Below, in pieces: positions 40,796 through 49,526 of a stretch of 64,000 nt of DNA. The DNA comes from an uncultured Enterobacterales bacterium (GTDB lineage Bacteria > Myxococcota_A > UBA796 > CAJQPC01). A program made the translations under genes and the position numbers. The notes beneath the pieces were generated by a model, which did no database searches, was not told the origin of the DNA, and saw nothing but the letters and a program-made list of their open reading frames with translations. The stretch lies in the NCBI GenBank assembly GCA_964610645.1, contig CAZSZE010000012.1, forward strand, positions 5,095-69,094, written 5' to 3'. Each line of letters opens with the position of its first letter. Position 1 is the first letter of the stretch.

Positions 40796-41121
40796 AGTTC
40801 TGGTCCAAGGGTCTGGGGAAGCGCTGCCTGCACGTGGACTGCGGCAGCGAGGAGCCTTCGGTCGAGGGCGACCAGCTCGTGCTCGAGGGGACGACGCCGC
40901 CGCCGCTGAACTGGGCCTACACGATGCAGATGGACGGCGTGGACTGGATCGAGTTCGTCTCGTTTGCGCTGCGCCCCAAGGTGGTCCGGCACATGCTGGC
41001 TCGCCGTCGGTGGGGCCTGGCGCTGCAGGCGGGCTGGCACATGGCGTGGTTCGTCGCGGCGGTGGTCTTCACGTTGCCGGGCGCGTGGGTGCGGAAGGCG
41101 CGGGTCTCGGGACACCCCTAA
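40792..41121 (+). CDS. Small protein (109 aa), unknown; tandem paralog 2
   Basis: The GTG at 40792 overlaps the upstream stop (GTGA). The sequence (V)KFWSKGLGKRCLHV... shares SKGLGK, L(E/V)(D/L)(G/E)...NW(P/A)Y and ...RP(E/K)VVR motifs with paralog 1. The C-terminus has a TM-like segment (MAWFVAAVVFTLPGAWV). Confidence 0.5.
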   Translation: MKFWSKGLGKRCLHVDCGSEEPSVEGDQLVLEGTTPPPLNWAYTMQMDGVDWIEFVSFALRPKVVRHMLARRRWGLALQAGWHMAWFVAAVVFTLPGAWVRKARVSGHP

Positions 41122-42404
41122 ACGGCCTCTGGCGCTCCCGACGCGAATGCCTTCACACTGGGGTCCGTTCCAAAGTGGGCGTCCGTCACCAGGCGTCGTC
41201 GAACGCCCGTGTCCAGGTGATCCCAGACCCGGGACGGAATTCCATCTCCAGCCCACCAGATGTGGAATTCCTCGGCCAGGGCGTCTCGCAGAAAGTCCAC
41301 TCGGCCCCGGTGGACCACCTGGCCAGAACCGTCCATCGCTGCGACCCCCGTCATTTCGGACACTTCTCCGCCGTGGGCGGTTTCGGCCCGCTTCTTCCGG
41401 CGGGCCCGGGAGAAGTCCAGGCGAACCACGCCGTTGGGGGCATAGAAGCGAACGAGGTCCTCCACCAGCTGTTGGTGAACAACCCGGCGAAGATCCGGCC
41501 CCATGGCGGCCAGGGCGGGGGTGTCCTGTTCCAGGTCAGCTGGGTGGGGGCCTGGATCTCGCTTTGCGTAGACAGGGCCCGGGTCCAAGGCGAGTCCGCT
41601 GGAGGCGTGTGGCATCGGAAGGTCCAGAGCGGTCTCCAGTCGATCGGTGGGCACCCAGCCCAAGGTGCTTCGGGTGGTCATGGGTTCCACGCTGATGTCC
41701 CCTGGGGGCAGGGCGGCAAAGGCTGTCTTGCGGCGGCGGGTGTTGTGAACCAGCGGGCGAATCAGTGTGTTCAACTCTTCGCCGGAGTAGGCGTGGGCCC
41801 CCCCCATGCAGGGAGCCCGGCCTGGAACCAGGGTGTCCAGGTGGTCCAGAATGCTCCTCGCCACCTCGGTGCGTGACACCGGGGCGTAGCGGGAGGCGGA
41901 ACGAAAGACATAGGGTGCGCCGCCATCGGGGGGCCAGACATGGCCTTCGATGATCTCGTCGAAATAGCAGCTGATTCGCAGCAGGCCCCAGGGACCCGCC
42001 GCGCTGCGCACCCGCTCATCCAGGTGGAAGCTCATGCGATTGAGTCGGGAGGGTGACCACCGAAAGGCGCCCATGACCGTCACATGGAGAATGCCTGTGG
42101 CGCCAGCGGCGGTAGCAGCCTGAATGATGTTCGCTGCGGCGTTTTTTCCGTAGAGGGGCGCATCCGGTCCTGCCGTGCGGGGATCAATGCAGGAGATCAC
42201 CCGGGTGGCTCCCTTCAGGACTGCACCAAGGGACGCGGGGTGATCAGCGTCCGCATAGGACACGCACCGAATGGGAAGTGCCTTGTTCAGGCGGCTGACG
42301 TCCCGGTCGGAACGGGCGATGGCCCGGACTTCCAGTCCCCGCCGAGTTGCCTCCGTGACCACCTCGGACCCTGTGCGTCCGTTTGCTCCAAAAACCACCA
42401 GCAT
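41118..42404 (-). CDS. NAD(P)-binding (NmrA/atypical SDR-like) protein with uncharacterised C-terminal domain
   Basis: The N-terminal MLVVFGANGRTG is a Rossmann GxxGxxG motif. The protein is 428 aa. Its stop overlaps the convergent stop of 40792-41121. Confidence 0.65.
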   Translation of the reverse strand: MLVVFGANGRTGSEVVTEATRRGLEVRAIARSDRDVSRLNKALPIRCVSYADADHPASLGAVLKGATRVISCIDPRTAGPDAPLYGKNAAANIIQAATAAGATGILHVTVMGAFRWSPSRLNRMSFHLDERVRSAAGPWGLLRISCYFDEIIEGHVWPPDGGAPYVFRSASRYAPVSRTEVARSILDHLDTLVPGRAPCMGGAHAYSGEELNTLIRPLVHNTRRRKTAFAALPPGDISVEPMTTRSTLGWVPTDRLETALDLPMPHASSGLALDPGPVYAKRDPGPHPADLEQDTPALAAMGPDLRRVVHQQLVEDLVRFYAPNGVVRLDFSRARRKKRAETAHGGEVSEMTGVAAMDGSGQVVHRGRVDFLRDALAEEFHIWWAGDGIPSRVWDHLDTGVRRRLVTDAHFGTDPSVKAFASGAPEAV

Positions 42405-42449
42405 GAAGGAATGCTAACCCGGGAATCCTCAGGGAGAGCTTCTATGAGC

Positions 42450-44474
42450 CTATTCGCAGGCGGTCTCCAGAGGTTCGGACCGGTTGTTGTCTTCGTTGCA
42501 CTCGAGGATCCACCCGGCTCCCTGGCCATCGTCATCTGCCACCAGGCGGAGTTCTGCCCCTGCGGTCTGGGCGGAATCCAGGGGAATCATGACGCCGGGG
42601 CTGGTCTGTCCGGGCAGGACGGGTGCGCTCAAGGCCGAGGTGTGCAAGACCTCCTGGCTGCCGTCTCTATTGGCGTACAAGGTGAGCTGGGTGTGGGCAG
42701 GAAGGGGATCCATGCCCTCGTTTCCCAGGCGCACCACCACCGAGAGTTGGTCTTCCCCGCAGCCGTCCATGCAGACGCCCTCGATGAGCGGAACAGCATC
42801 CGGCAGCAGGCCATGGCCCAGGTTGACCAGGGTGCCTGCCCGAAAGGAGTTGTACTGGGGCCAGTTCGCCGCAGCGGGGCTGGGGATCTGCATGTCCTCC
42901 TGGATGTTGGTGATGCTGTAGGCATGTTGGTTCCAAACGGTGCGGGCGGGACGCCAGGAGTCGTTGGCGCTCCCAAAGACCGTCAGGCCCGCCGCGCCGC
43001 CTGGCACGTGGTCACCGCCATGGGCCACCACGATCTCCGCCCGGCCGTCCCCATCCACGTCGGCGATGACCGGGTACTCGTGGAGCGTTCGAGAGGTGTG
43101 GGAGGGGTCTGTGTACCGGATGACGCCTGTTCGACCGTCGAAGACATACAGGGCGGTCTCGTCTCCGTAGAGGATTTCCGACATTCCGTTGCCATCGAAG
43201 TCGAACACGGAAGAGCCGGTGGCATGGGAGGAAGCGTCGGTGATTTCCCGCTTCCAAAGGACGGTGCCGTCCGCCTCGTAGACCGCGTAGTAGTCGGCAT
43301 CGGCGATACCGATCTCCACCAGGCCATCGTTGTCCATGTCCGCCAGCGTGGGGGGGCCACCGTTGCCGGACCCCGCCAGGGAAAAGGAGGCGGTTTCGTG
43401 GCAGTTGCGATCCATGATGTGTACGGCTCCACCACCGACCGTGACCAGGTCGCCCAGGCCGTCGTTGTCCAGGTCGGCGACCGCTGGGAACCCGTCCAAT
43501 TCGTCCGCGCGGCTGCAGCGCTGGGCCCCGGTGGACTCGTGGATCGACTGGCCGGTGATGACCTCCATTGATCCGTCTCCATCCAGATCCGCAGCAAAAG
43601 ACTGGAATCCGATGTCGTCGTAGGCTGCAAACGTTCCCTTTCCGAACACCAGCTCCCAGGCGAGCTCCCCTGTGGAACCATGGATCACCAGGGGTCCCAG
43701 AATCACCTCCACGGTGCCGTCCCCCTCCAGGTCTGCGAGGGCAGGGGAGTGTCCGCCACAGCGAACCTGGGGTTCGGTCATCGCCCAGTCCAATTCCCCG
43801 TCATGGGTAAATGCAGCCACCACGCACTTGTTCGGATCGATCATGCGGACGGGCACCTCCCCTGTGTCGGGGGGTGGACCCGGCTCCTCCGGTTGGATGT
43901 TCGAGATCGCCTGCGCAACCAGGACAATCTCTGGCAGTCCATCGCTGTCGATGTCTCCCAGGGCCACGTTGGAGTATTGGTACGGGTGGAAGTCGAGATC
44001 GCCGACCACGATCCGAGAGAGGGTCTGGTGCACTGCGCCCGTCGCACCGTCCTGGATTCGAAGCACGCCGTGCAAGTGGCCCGTGCCGAGCCCCTCGTCG
44101 GCGATGCTCACGATGTCCGGGGTGTCGGAGGCGTTGATGATGCCATCGGCGTTGTCGTCGGTGAGCTGGCCTACCACCGGGACCATCAGCACCTCCCGGA
44201 AGGTTCCCATCTCATGAAAGATGTCCGTGGCCCACTCCACCACCATGTCCAGGTCCGACGTCTGGTCCACAACACAGGACTCGTTTTTTCCGACGCGGGT
44301 AGATCGCGCCACCTGCTCCTCGTCGCAGACATCGACTTCCAGGCCCATCACCGACGTGGAGCGGTAGATGGCGGTGTCGTGTCCCCCTTCCGAGCCGGGG
44401 GGATCCTTGAGGTCCACCCCGTAGTCGATGCAGCCTCCCCACAGGGCGACGAGTCCAACAAGGGGGAGGGTCAT
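42450..44474 (-). CDS. FG-GAP/VCBS repeat beta-propeller lipoprotein (paralog C)
   Basis: MTLPLVGLVALWGGC is the lipobox. Blades: DDNADGIIN, DIDSDGLPE, LEGDGTVE, DLDGDGSME, DLDNDGLGD, DMDNDGLVE, DFDGNGMSE, DVDGDGRAE. It has a WNQHAYSITNI motif and a C-terminal LECNEDNN...C. The ATG overlaps the upstream stop (ATGA). Confidence 0.8.
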   Translation of the reverse strand: MTLPLVGLVALWGGCIDYGVDLKDPPGSEGGHDTAIYRSTSVMGLEVDVCDEEQVARSTRVGKNESCVVDQTSDLDMVVEWATDIFHEMGTFREVLMVPVVGQLTDDNADGIINASDTPDIVSIADEGLGTGHLHGVLRIQDGATGAVHQTLSRIVVGDLDFHPYQYSNVALGDIDSDGLPEIVLVAQAISNIQPEEPGPPPDTGEVPVRMIDPNKCVVAAFTHDGELDWAMTEPQVRCGGHSPALADLEGDGTVEVILGPLVIHGSTGELAWELVFGKGTFAAYDDIGFQSFAADLDGDGSMEVITGQSIHESTGAQRCSRADELDGFPAVADLDNDGLGDLVTVGGGAVHIMDRNCHETASFSLAGSGNGGPPTLADMDNDGLVEIGIADADYYAVYEADGTVLWKREITDASSHATGSSVFDFDGNGMSEILYGDETALYVFDGRTGVIRYTDPSHTSRTLHEYPVIADVDGDGRAEIVVAHGGDHVPGGAAGLTVFGSANDSWRPARTVWNQHAYSITNIQEDMQIPSPAAANWPQYNSFRAGTLVNLGHGLLPDAVPLIEGVCMDGCGEDQLSVVVRLGNEGMDPLPAHTQLTLYANRDGSQEVLHTSALSAPVLPGQTSPGVMIPLDSAQTAGAELRLVADDDGQGAGWILECNEDNNRSEPLETACE

Positions 44475-44833
44475 CCGCCCTCCAGGAGTCGACTCTTCTG
44501 GGCCTTGAATTCCGACTCGCTCAGGGCGCCGTCCTGGTGCAGACGGTGCAGGCGCTCCAGCTCTGCTCCGGGAGAGGCCGCAGGGACCTGAACGGTCACG
44601 TGTTGGGACAATCCTGGGGTGGCCGAATCGGGGGCGTTGTAGAGGGAGTCGAATTCTTCCTGGGTCATGGAGAGGATGCGCACGCCGTCGAAGAGGCCCA
44701 GCAAGGCGGGGAGACCCGTGGGGGCGAAAACAAGGGACACCACCCCGATGCCGGCCTGGCCGAGGTAGAACCGGTGGGCCCCGACCACCCCGAGAAAGAG
44801 GGCCAGGATGCCGGCAGTGACGGGATCCCTCAT
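44471..44833 (-). CDS. TM2 domain + SHOCT domain membrane protein
   Basis: The TM2 signature is AGILALFLGVVGAHRFYLGQ. The C-terminal SHOCT-like segment is LERLHRLHQDGALSESEFKAQKSRLL. ATGA overlaps occur at both ends. Confidence 0.7.
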   Translation of the reverse strand: MRDPVTAGILALFLGVVGAHRFYLGQAGIGVVSLVFAPTGLPALLGLFDGVRILSMTQEEFDSLYNAPDSATPGLSQHVTVQVPAASPGAELERLHRLHQDGALSESEFKAQKSRLLEGG

Positions 44834-45339
44834 GAATCCTCCTGGCGGTCCACGCGCTCCTGGAGGCTCAAGGGCCGCCCCTCCCCTCGAGCGGCCCGGT
44901 AGAAGTACTCGCCGGTGTCCGTGTTCAATTCCTCTTGCACCTCACCGCGCTGCTCGAGAGCTGCCAGGGTGCGCACGACCTCGACCTCACCCAAGCCGCT
45001 TGCCCGCACCAGCCCCGCCACGCTGGTGTTCTCCCCGCACAGAAGTTCCAGCAGTTTCGGTCCGTGCTGCGGCGGTCCGGGAAGGGCGGGCTGCGAGGTG
45101 GTGGCCTTCTGCTTGACCAGGCCCAAGCCGAGGATTCCCGACCCCAGGCACACCAGGGGCAGGCCGGTGGGAAGGAACCGCAGGGAAAGGGAGAGCATGT
45201 TGGCTGGATCGTACAGGGCAAAGAAGCCGGTCAGCAGGGTCCAAAGCCCGCCGCCCAGGAGCACGGTCCCCGTGAAGATCCAGGCCAGGGAAGGGCCGGG
45301 CACCTGCCCGCCCACGCGGAAAAGGGGGCTGATCGCCAT
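44830..45339 (-). CDS. Membrane protein with C-terminal winged-helix-like domain (unknown)
   Basis: The ATG at 45339 starts MAISPLF. It has about three hydrophobic helices, followed by LLELLCGENTSVAGLVRASGLGEVEVVRTLAALEQRGEV (wHTH-like). Confidence 0.45.
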   Translation of the reverse strand: MAISPLFRVGGQVPGPSLAWIFTGTVLLGGGLWTLLTGFFALYDPANMLSLSLRFLPTGLPLVCLGSGILGLGLVKQKATTSQPALPGPPQHGPKLLELLCGENTSVAGLVRASGLGEVEVVRTLAALEQRGEVQEELNTDTGEYFYRAARGEGRPLSLQERVDRQEDS

Positions 45340-45379
45340 GGGGCCTCCCTGACAGGTGTCGCATGCAGTCGCACCCGGG

Positions 45380-46381
45380 TCAAGGACGATCGGCCAGGGA
45401 TTCGGCAAGCATCTGCGTGAAGACCGCTCGTCCGGCTTCCGTGAGGTGCACATTGTCCACGAAATGTGCCTCGGTCAGGCGGGGATCCAGGGTGAAGTCC
45501 ACCCAGGTCACGTGGTGGTCGTCGAGCCAGCGCCACAGGGACTCCAGGTGTTGCTCGAGGGCGGCAGGCTGCTGGCCTGGGACCACATCTCGCCGCCGCT
45601 TGTGACGCACCAGGACCAGGCGCACCCCTGCCTCTTGGGTCTCCGCCACCAACAGGGGAAGAAAAGAGGCGGAAATGTCCAGGTCCAGGGGGCTGGCCAC
45701 CCCGCTCATCCAGAGGCTCTTGCTGGCGCGGTGGCGGGTGGTGACGGAGAAGGTGGTTCGCATGGCGTGGTCGAGGGTGTCGGGACCCTCCAGCCCAAGT
45801 CCCCCCGCCACGGCAGCCTTGAGCGTCTCGTTGACCTTGAACTGGGCCAGGCGACGGCTCTCCTGGTTCAGGAATCGGATGCGCTCCCTGGCCCTCCAGG
45901 TCCATTGTCCAAGTCTCGCCTCCAGGCGGGCCCCGGGAGAGGCGGCCGGATGGGCGGAAAACGCCCGCTGCCAGAGTTCTGGTTCCGGGCCCGCCACGTG
46001 CTCCAGGAGGGCTGGGCGCCAGGGACCGTCCACCCGGTACCGCGGGGCGGACAGCAGGTGATCCGTGAAGACCAGCACCACAGTCGATGGGGGATCGACG
46101 AGGAGTCGGTTCTTGAGCACGAGGTACCACCAGGCCGATCCCGCCCCGTCTCGCCAGGCCGTGCCCACCCGCACCCCCAGGGAGTCTGCCAGGGCCGCCG
46201 GATCCACTCCGTTGCCTACCACGCTGTTTCCAAGCACCACGATCTCCGGATCCGACATGAGTCCGTGGTGCCGCGCCGTCCATTCCTCCTGGGGCACAAA
46301 AGAAGACGGTTGGGCCGCCGGCGTGGCCCACCAGGCGATGCCAAGCACGAGGGGAAAGACAAGAGCAATGAGACGGGACAC
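45380..46381 (-). CDS. SGNH-like (DltD/AlgJ-type) partner protein of MBOAT
   Basis: The GTG at 46381 lies 3 nt after the MBOAT stop. It has an N-terminal signal/anchor. IVVLGNSVV is a GDS-like block I, and the C-terminal FVDNVHLTEAG is a block V D..H. Confidence 0.5.
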   Translation of the reverse strand: MSRLIALVFPLVLGIAWWATPAAQPSSFVPQEEWTARHHGLMSDPEIVVLGNSVVGNGVDPAALADSLGVRVGTAWRDGAGSAWWYLVLKNRLLVDPPSTVVLVFTDHLLSAPRYRVDGPWRPALLEHVAGPEPELWQRAFSAHPAASPGARLEARLGQWTWRARERIRFLNQESRRLAQFKVNETLKAAVAGGLGLEGPDTLDHAMRTTFSVTTRHRASKSLWMSGVASPLDLDISASFLPLLVAETQEAGVRLVLVRHKRRRDVVPGQQPAALEQHLESLWRWLDDHHVTWVDFTLDPRLTEAHFVDNVHLTEAGRAVFTQMLAESLADRP

Positions 46382-46384
46382 GAT

Positions 46385-47758
46385 TCAGAACCGGAAGTAG
46401 AGGAAGTCGCCGCGAAGGCCCGGCGAAAGCACGCAGCAGGCGGCGAGGCAGGCGGCAGCAAAGGCCGCGTAGAGCGCTGGATGGTTGGCCCGCTTGCAGA
46501 GGGCTTCCACCCCCCAGAAGAGAGAGAAAAAGAGGCCCCCCGACAGGAGCAGGGCAGCCGCCAGCCAGTCGCTCGGGCGAGGGGCGGTGCCAATGGCTTC
46601 CCCCAACCAGCCCAGGGAAGGTGCGCGGAAGATCGCCAGGCTCACAAAGACCACGAACAACGTCCCCAGGTGGCCGAGGAGGGCTTGCCCCTTGTGGGCC
46701 GGGACCCAGTGGGCATTCCAACCGATCCGATGTCCAATGAACAGGGCGAGGCCGTTGAAGAGGCCAAAGGCGACAAAGGTCCAGGCGGCCCCATGCCACA
46801 GTCCCGCCAGCCCCATCGTGGCCCCCATGGCCCAGGCGAACCGGGCAGCCGACGGTTGGCGAGACCCTCCCAGGGGAATGTAGACATAGTCCCGGAACCA
46901 CTGGGACATGGAGATGTGCCAGCGGCGCCAGTAGTCCGAGGGGGAGCGGGCTGCGTAGGGGGCCCGGAAATTCTCCACCAGGTCGATTCCCAGGAGCTTT
47001 GCGCTGCCCCGGGCAATGTCCGTGTAGCCGGAGAAATCCGCCAGAAGCTGGGCGCCGAAAATCAGGGCGCCGGTGGCCACCAGGAGCACCGAGGGGTCTC
47101 CGGCACTGAAGACCTTCTCCACCCGGGGGGCGAGGTTGTCGGCCACCACCAATTTCAGCGTGAAACCCCGCAACAGCAGCGGAGCGGCCCGCGCGAGGTT
47201 CTGCCAGCGCGGCGGGCGGTGGGCCTCCAGCTGTGGCAGCAGGCGACTCGCCCGCTCAATCGGCCCTGCCACCAGTTGGGGGAAGAAGGAGACAAACAGC
47301 GCGAAGTCCACCGGGTTTCGGCAGGGCTGGGTGCGGCCCCGGTAGACATCGATCGTGTAGCCCATGGACTGGAAGGTGTAGAAGGAGATGCCCACGGGCA
47401 GGACCACCCCCAGGGTGAAGGGGTCGAGATTCCACCCGACGGTGGCCAGGGCGGCTGCAGCGCTCTCCACGAGAAAGTCCAGGTACTTGAAGGTGGCCAG
47501 GAGTCCCAGGTTGGTGGCGAGGCTCACCCCGAGAGCCAAGCGGCGCTTCGCTGGCGCCCGGGCCATCCCCAAGGCAGCCAGGAAGTCGACTGTGGTGGAG
47601 GCCAGGAGCAGCCAGCAGAACCAGGGGTGGATCCAGCCGTAGAAGCCGTAGCTGGCCAGAACCAACAGGGCGTTCTGCCACCGCCGCCGGGGCAGAAGCG
47701 CGGAGCCTGTGGCCATGCAAGCAAGGAAGAGGAGGAAGACCTGGGAGTCAAAGCGCAT
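46385..47758 (-). CDS. MBOAT-family membrane-bound O-acyltransferase (AlgI/DltB-like)
   Basis: 457 aa and polytopic. The signature YWRRWHISMSQWFRDYVYIPLGG contains the conserved MBOAT His. Confidence 0.85.
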   Translation of the reverse strand: MRFDSQVFLLFLACMATGSALLPRRRWQNALLVLASYGFYGWIHPWFCWLLLASTTVDFLAALGMARAPAKRRLALGVSLATNLGLLATFKYLDFLVESAAAALATVGWNLDPFTLGVVLPVGISFYTFQSMGYTIDVYRGRTQPCRNPVDFALFVSFFPQLVAGPIERASRLLPQLEAHRPPRWQNLARAAPLLLRGFTLKLVVADNLAPRVEKVFSAGDPSVLLVATGALIFGAQLLADFSGYTDIARGSAKLLGIDLVENFRAPYAARSPSDYWRRWHISMSQWFRDYVYIPLGGSRQPSAARFAWAMGATMGLAGLWHGAAWTFVAFGLFNGLALFIGHRIGWNAHWVPAHKGQALLGHLGTLFVVFVSLAIFRAPSLGWLGEAIGTAPRPSDWLAAALLLSGGLFFSLFWGVEALCKRANHPALYAAFAAACLAACCVLSPGLRGDFLYFRF

Positions 47759-47770
47759 GAGGCGCGAGAA

Positions 47771-49435
47771 TCAGCCGGTGGCGAGCAGTTGACTGTCTCT
47801 TGAGTCTGGGCTCTGCAGGTCCCCCTGGAGGTCCAGGGCGAACCGTCGGGCTGCAGCGGAAGCCCGGCCTCCCTTGCCATTGTCGAGGGCCCATTGAGCA
47901 TGGGCGCAGAGGGAGGAGATCTGAAAGGACTGACCCAGTGCCAGGGCGAACCGTCGGGCGCCTGCTTCAAGAGCGTCGGCATCGGTCTTGTTCTCGGCGA
48001 ACCAGGTCTTGGCTCGATCCAGGTGCGCGATGGCCTGGGCAGCGGGTGCGGCGAGGGAGGCATCTGTGGCGGCCCGGCAGCCACCTCGCACCGCCTCCTC
48101 CAAGGCTTCGAACGTGCCCTCGGTGTTGAGGGCCCGGAGGGTGTCCAGGGAGAGCACGTTGGTGGTTCCCTCCCAGATGGGCAGGACCTGGGCATCCGCC
48201 AGGAGCCTTGGCAACCCCGTGTCCTCCACGTAGCCAGCGCCCCCGAAGCACTCGAGAGTCTCCGAGGCCACGGAGACGCCCTGTCGGCCCGTGGTGAGCT
48301 TTGCGATCGGAGTCAGCACCCGCGAGAGGGCTCGGTCAGCCTCCGTGGCGGCGTCTGCTTCAATTCGGCCCATGAGGCCCGCGCAATGCCAGGCCAGGTG
48401 AAAAGCGGCCTCGTAGGTGGCTTGCATCTGGGCGAGGGTGTCCCGGTGCAGTGGCTTCTGGTCGAGGGTGGCGCCAAAGGCCTGCCGGCGGGCGGAAAAG
48501 TCCCGGGCCAGGGCGATGCCCCGCCGCATGCCCCAGACCGCTGCCATGGCGTTCCAGGTGCGGGTCACGTTCAGCATGGGGGTGATGTTCCGAACGCCAT
48601 TGGTTGTGCCGTACACAAGCGTGGCAGCGCAGCCATCCATCTTGAGCTCGGCTGTGGGCACCTTGCGGGTCCCAAGCTTGTCCTTGAGACGGTGAATGGT
48701 GATGCCGTTCAAGGCACCGGCGGCATTTCGGGTCTCCAAGTAGAACAGGGCAAGTCCGCGTCCTCCATCGGGATTGCCCTCTGGACGGGCCAGGGTGAGG
48801 GCCATTTCCGAGGTGGTGGCGGAGGTGAACCACTTGGTTCCAAACAACTGCCAGCTCCCGTCCTGCTCCACGGCACGAGCCAGGGAGGTGCCGACATCCG
48901 ACCCCCCGGTCTTCTCGGTCATCCACTGACCGCTGGTCCAGGCGGTGGCGGGGTCTCGGGAGGTGAGGCGGGGCATGGCCCGTTCAATGAGACTCGCATT
49001 CCCGCTCTCCAGCAGGGTGCGGGCTGCGCCATCTGTCATGGCGAGCGGACAGGACCACACATCGAGGGAGGATTGCACCAGGGAGTTGAGGGTGAACTGG
49101 TGCAGCCGGCTGAAGGCGCCGTCCTCTTGCTCATAGGCACAAGCCACAAAGCCATGCTCCGCCGTCAACAGCTTCGCCCGCTCCCACAAGGGGCTGACGG
49201 TGACGAGGTCTACGCGATTTCCCCAGCCATCCCAGTTCTGCAAGACGGGCTCGTTCTCCCGATCTGCCAGCTGGGCTTCCAGGAGCGCACCCCCACCCAG
49301 ATCGCCCAGGTGGCGGTATTCCTCGGTGTGGCGGGCCAGAACCTCGGGGGGAAGCTGGCGTGCCAGGTACTCCTGCAGCAAGGAGTCGTCGTCGAATTGG
49401 TTGCCGAGGGACGGCGGTTCTTGAATGAAGTCCAC
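47771..49435 (-). CDS. Acyl-CoA dehydrogenase family protein (AidB-like); start uncertain
   Basis: An ACAD-type C-terminal motif is present (FGGAGYVEDTGLPRLLADAQVLPIWEGTTNV), and the length and N-domain are AidB-like. The GTG at 49435 was chosen because ATG starts further upstream would overlap the divergent gene at 49527. The range 49435-49546 is possible. Confidence 0.75.
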   Translation of the reverse strand: MDFIQEPPSLGNQFDDDSLLQEYLARQLPPEVLARHTEEYRHLGDLGGGALLEAQLADRENEPVLQNWDGWGNRVDLVTVSPLWERAKLLTAEHGFVACAYEQEDGAFSRLHQFTLNSLVQSSLDVWSCPLAMTDGAARTLLESGNASLIERAMPRLTSRDPATAWTSGQWMTEKTGGSDVGTSLARAVEQDGSWQLFGTKWFTSATTSEMALTLARPEGNPDGGRGLALFYLETRNAAGALNGITIHRLKDKLGTRKVPTAELKMDGCAATLVYGTTNGVRNITPMLNVTRTWNAMAAVWGMRRGIALARDFSARRQAFGATLDQKPLHRDTLAQMQATYEAAFHLAWHCAGLMGRIEADAATEADRALSRVLTPIAKLTTGRQGVSVASETLECFGGAGYVEDTGLPRLLADAQVLPIWEGTTNVLSLDTLRALNTEGTFEALEEAVRGGCRAATDASLAAPAAQAIAHLDRAKTWFAENKTDADALEAGARRFALALGQSFQISSLCAHAQWALDNGKGGRASAAARRFALDLQGDLQSPDSRDSQLLATG

Positions 49436-49526
49436 GAGACCGAGAGTAGTGCTGGCGGCTCGCCGCGTCCATAGAAGTTGCGGTTCGGATTGCTTGGGGT
49501 AGGCTTGGAGGGGACTGGAGACCCAT

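Noticed and set aside
36114-41121. Calling the MerR-CrtI-like segment a mobile element or genomic island.
   Set aside because: There is no integrase, transposase, tRNA attachment site or flanking direct repeats that I could see. Only a by-eye compositional difference supports it. It is therefore reported as a hypothesis to test, not annotated as a mobile element.
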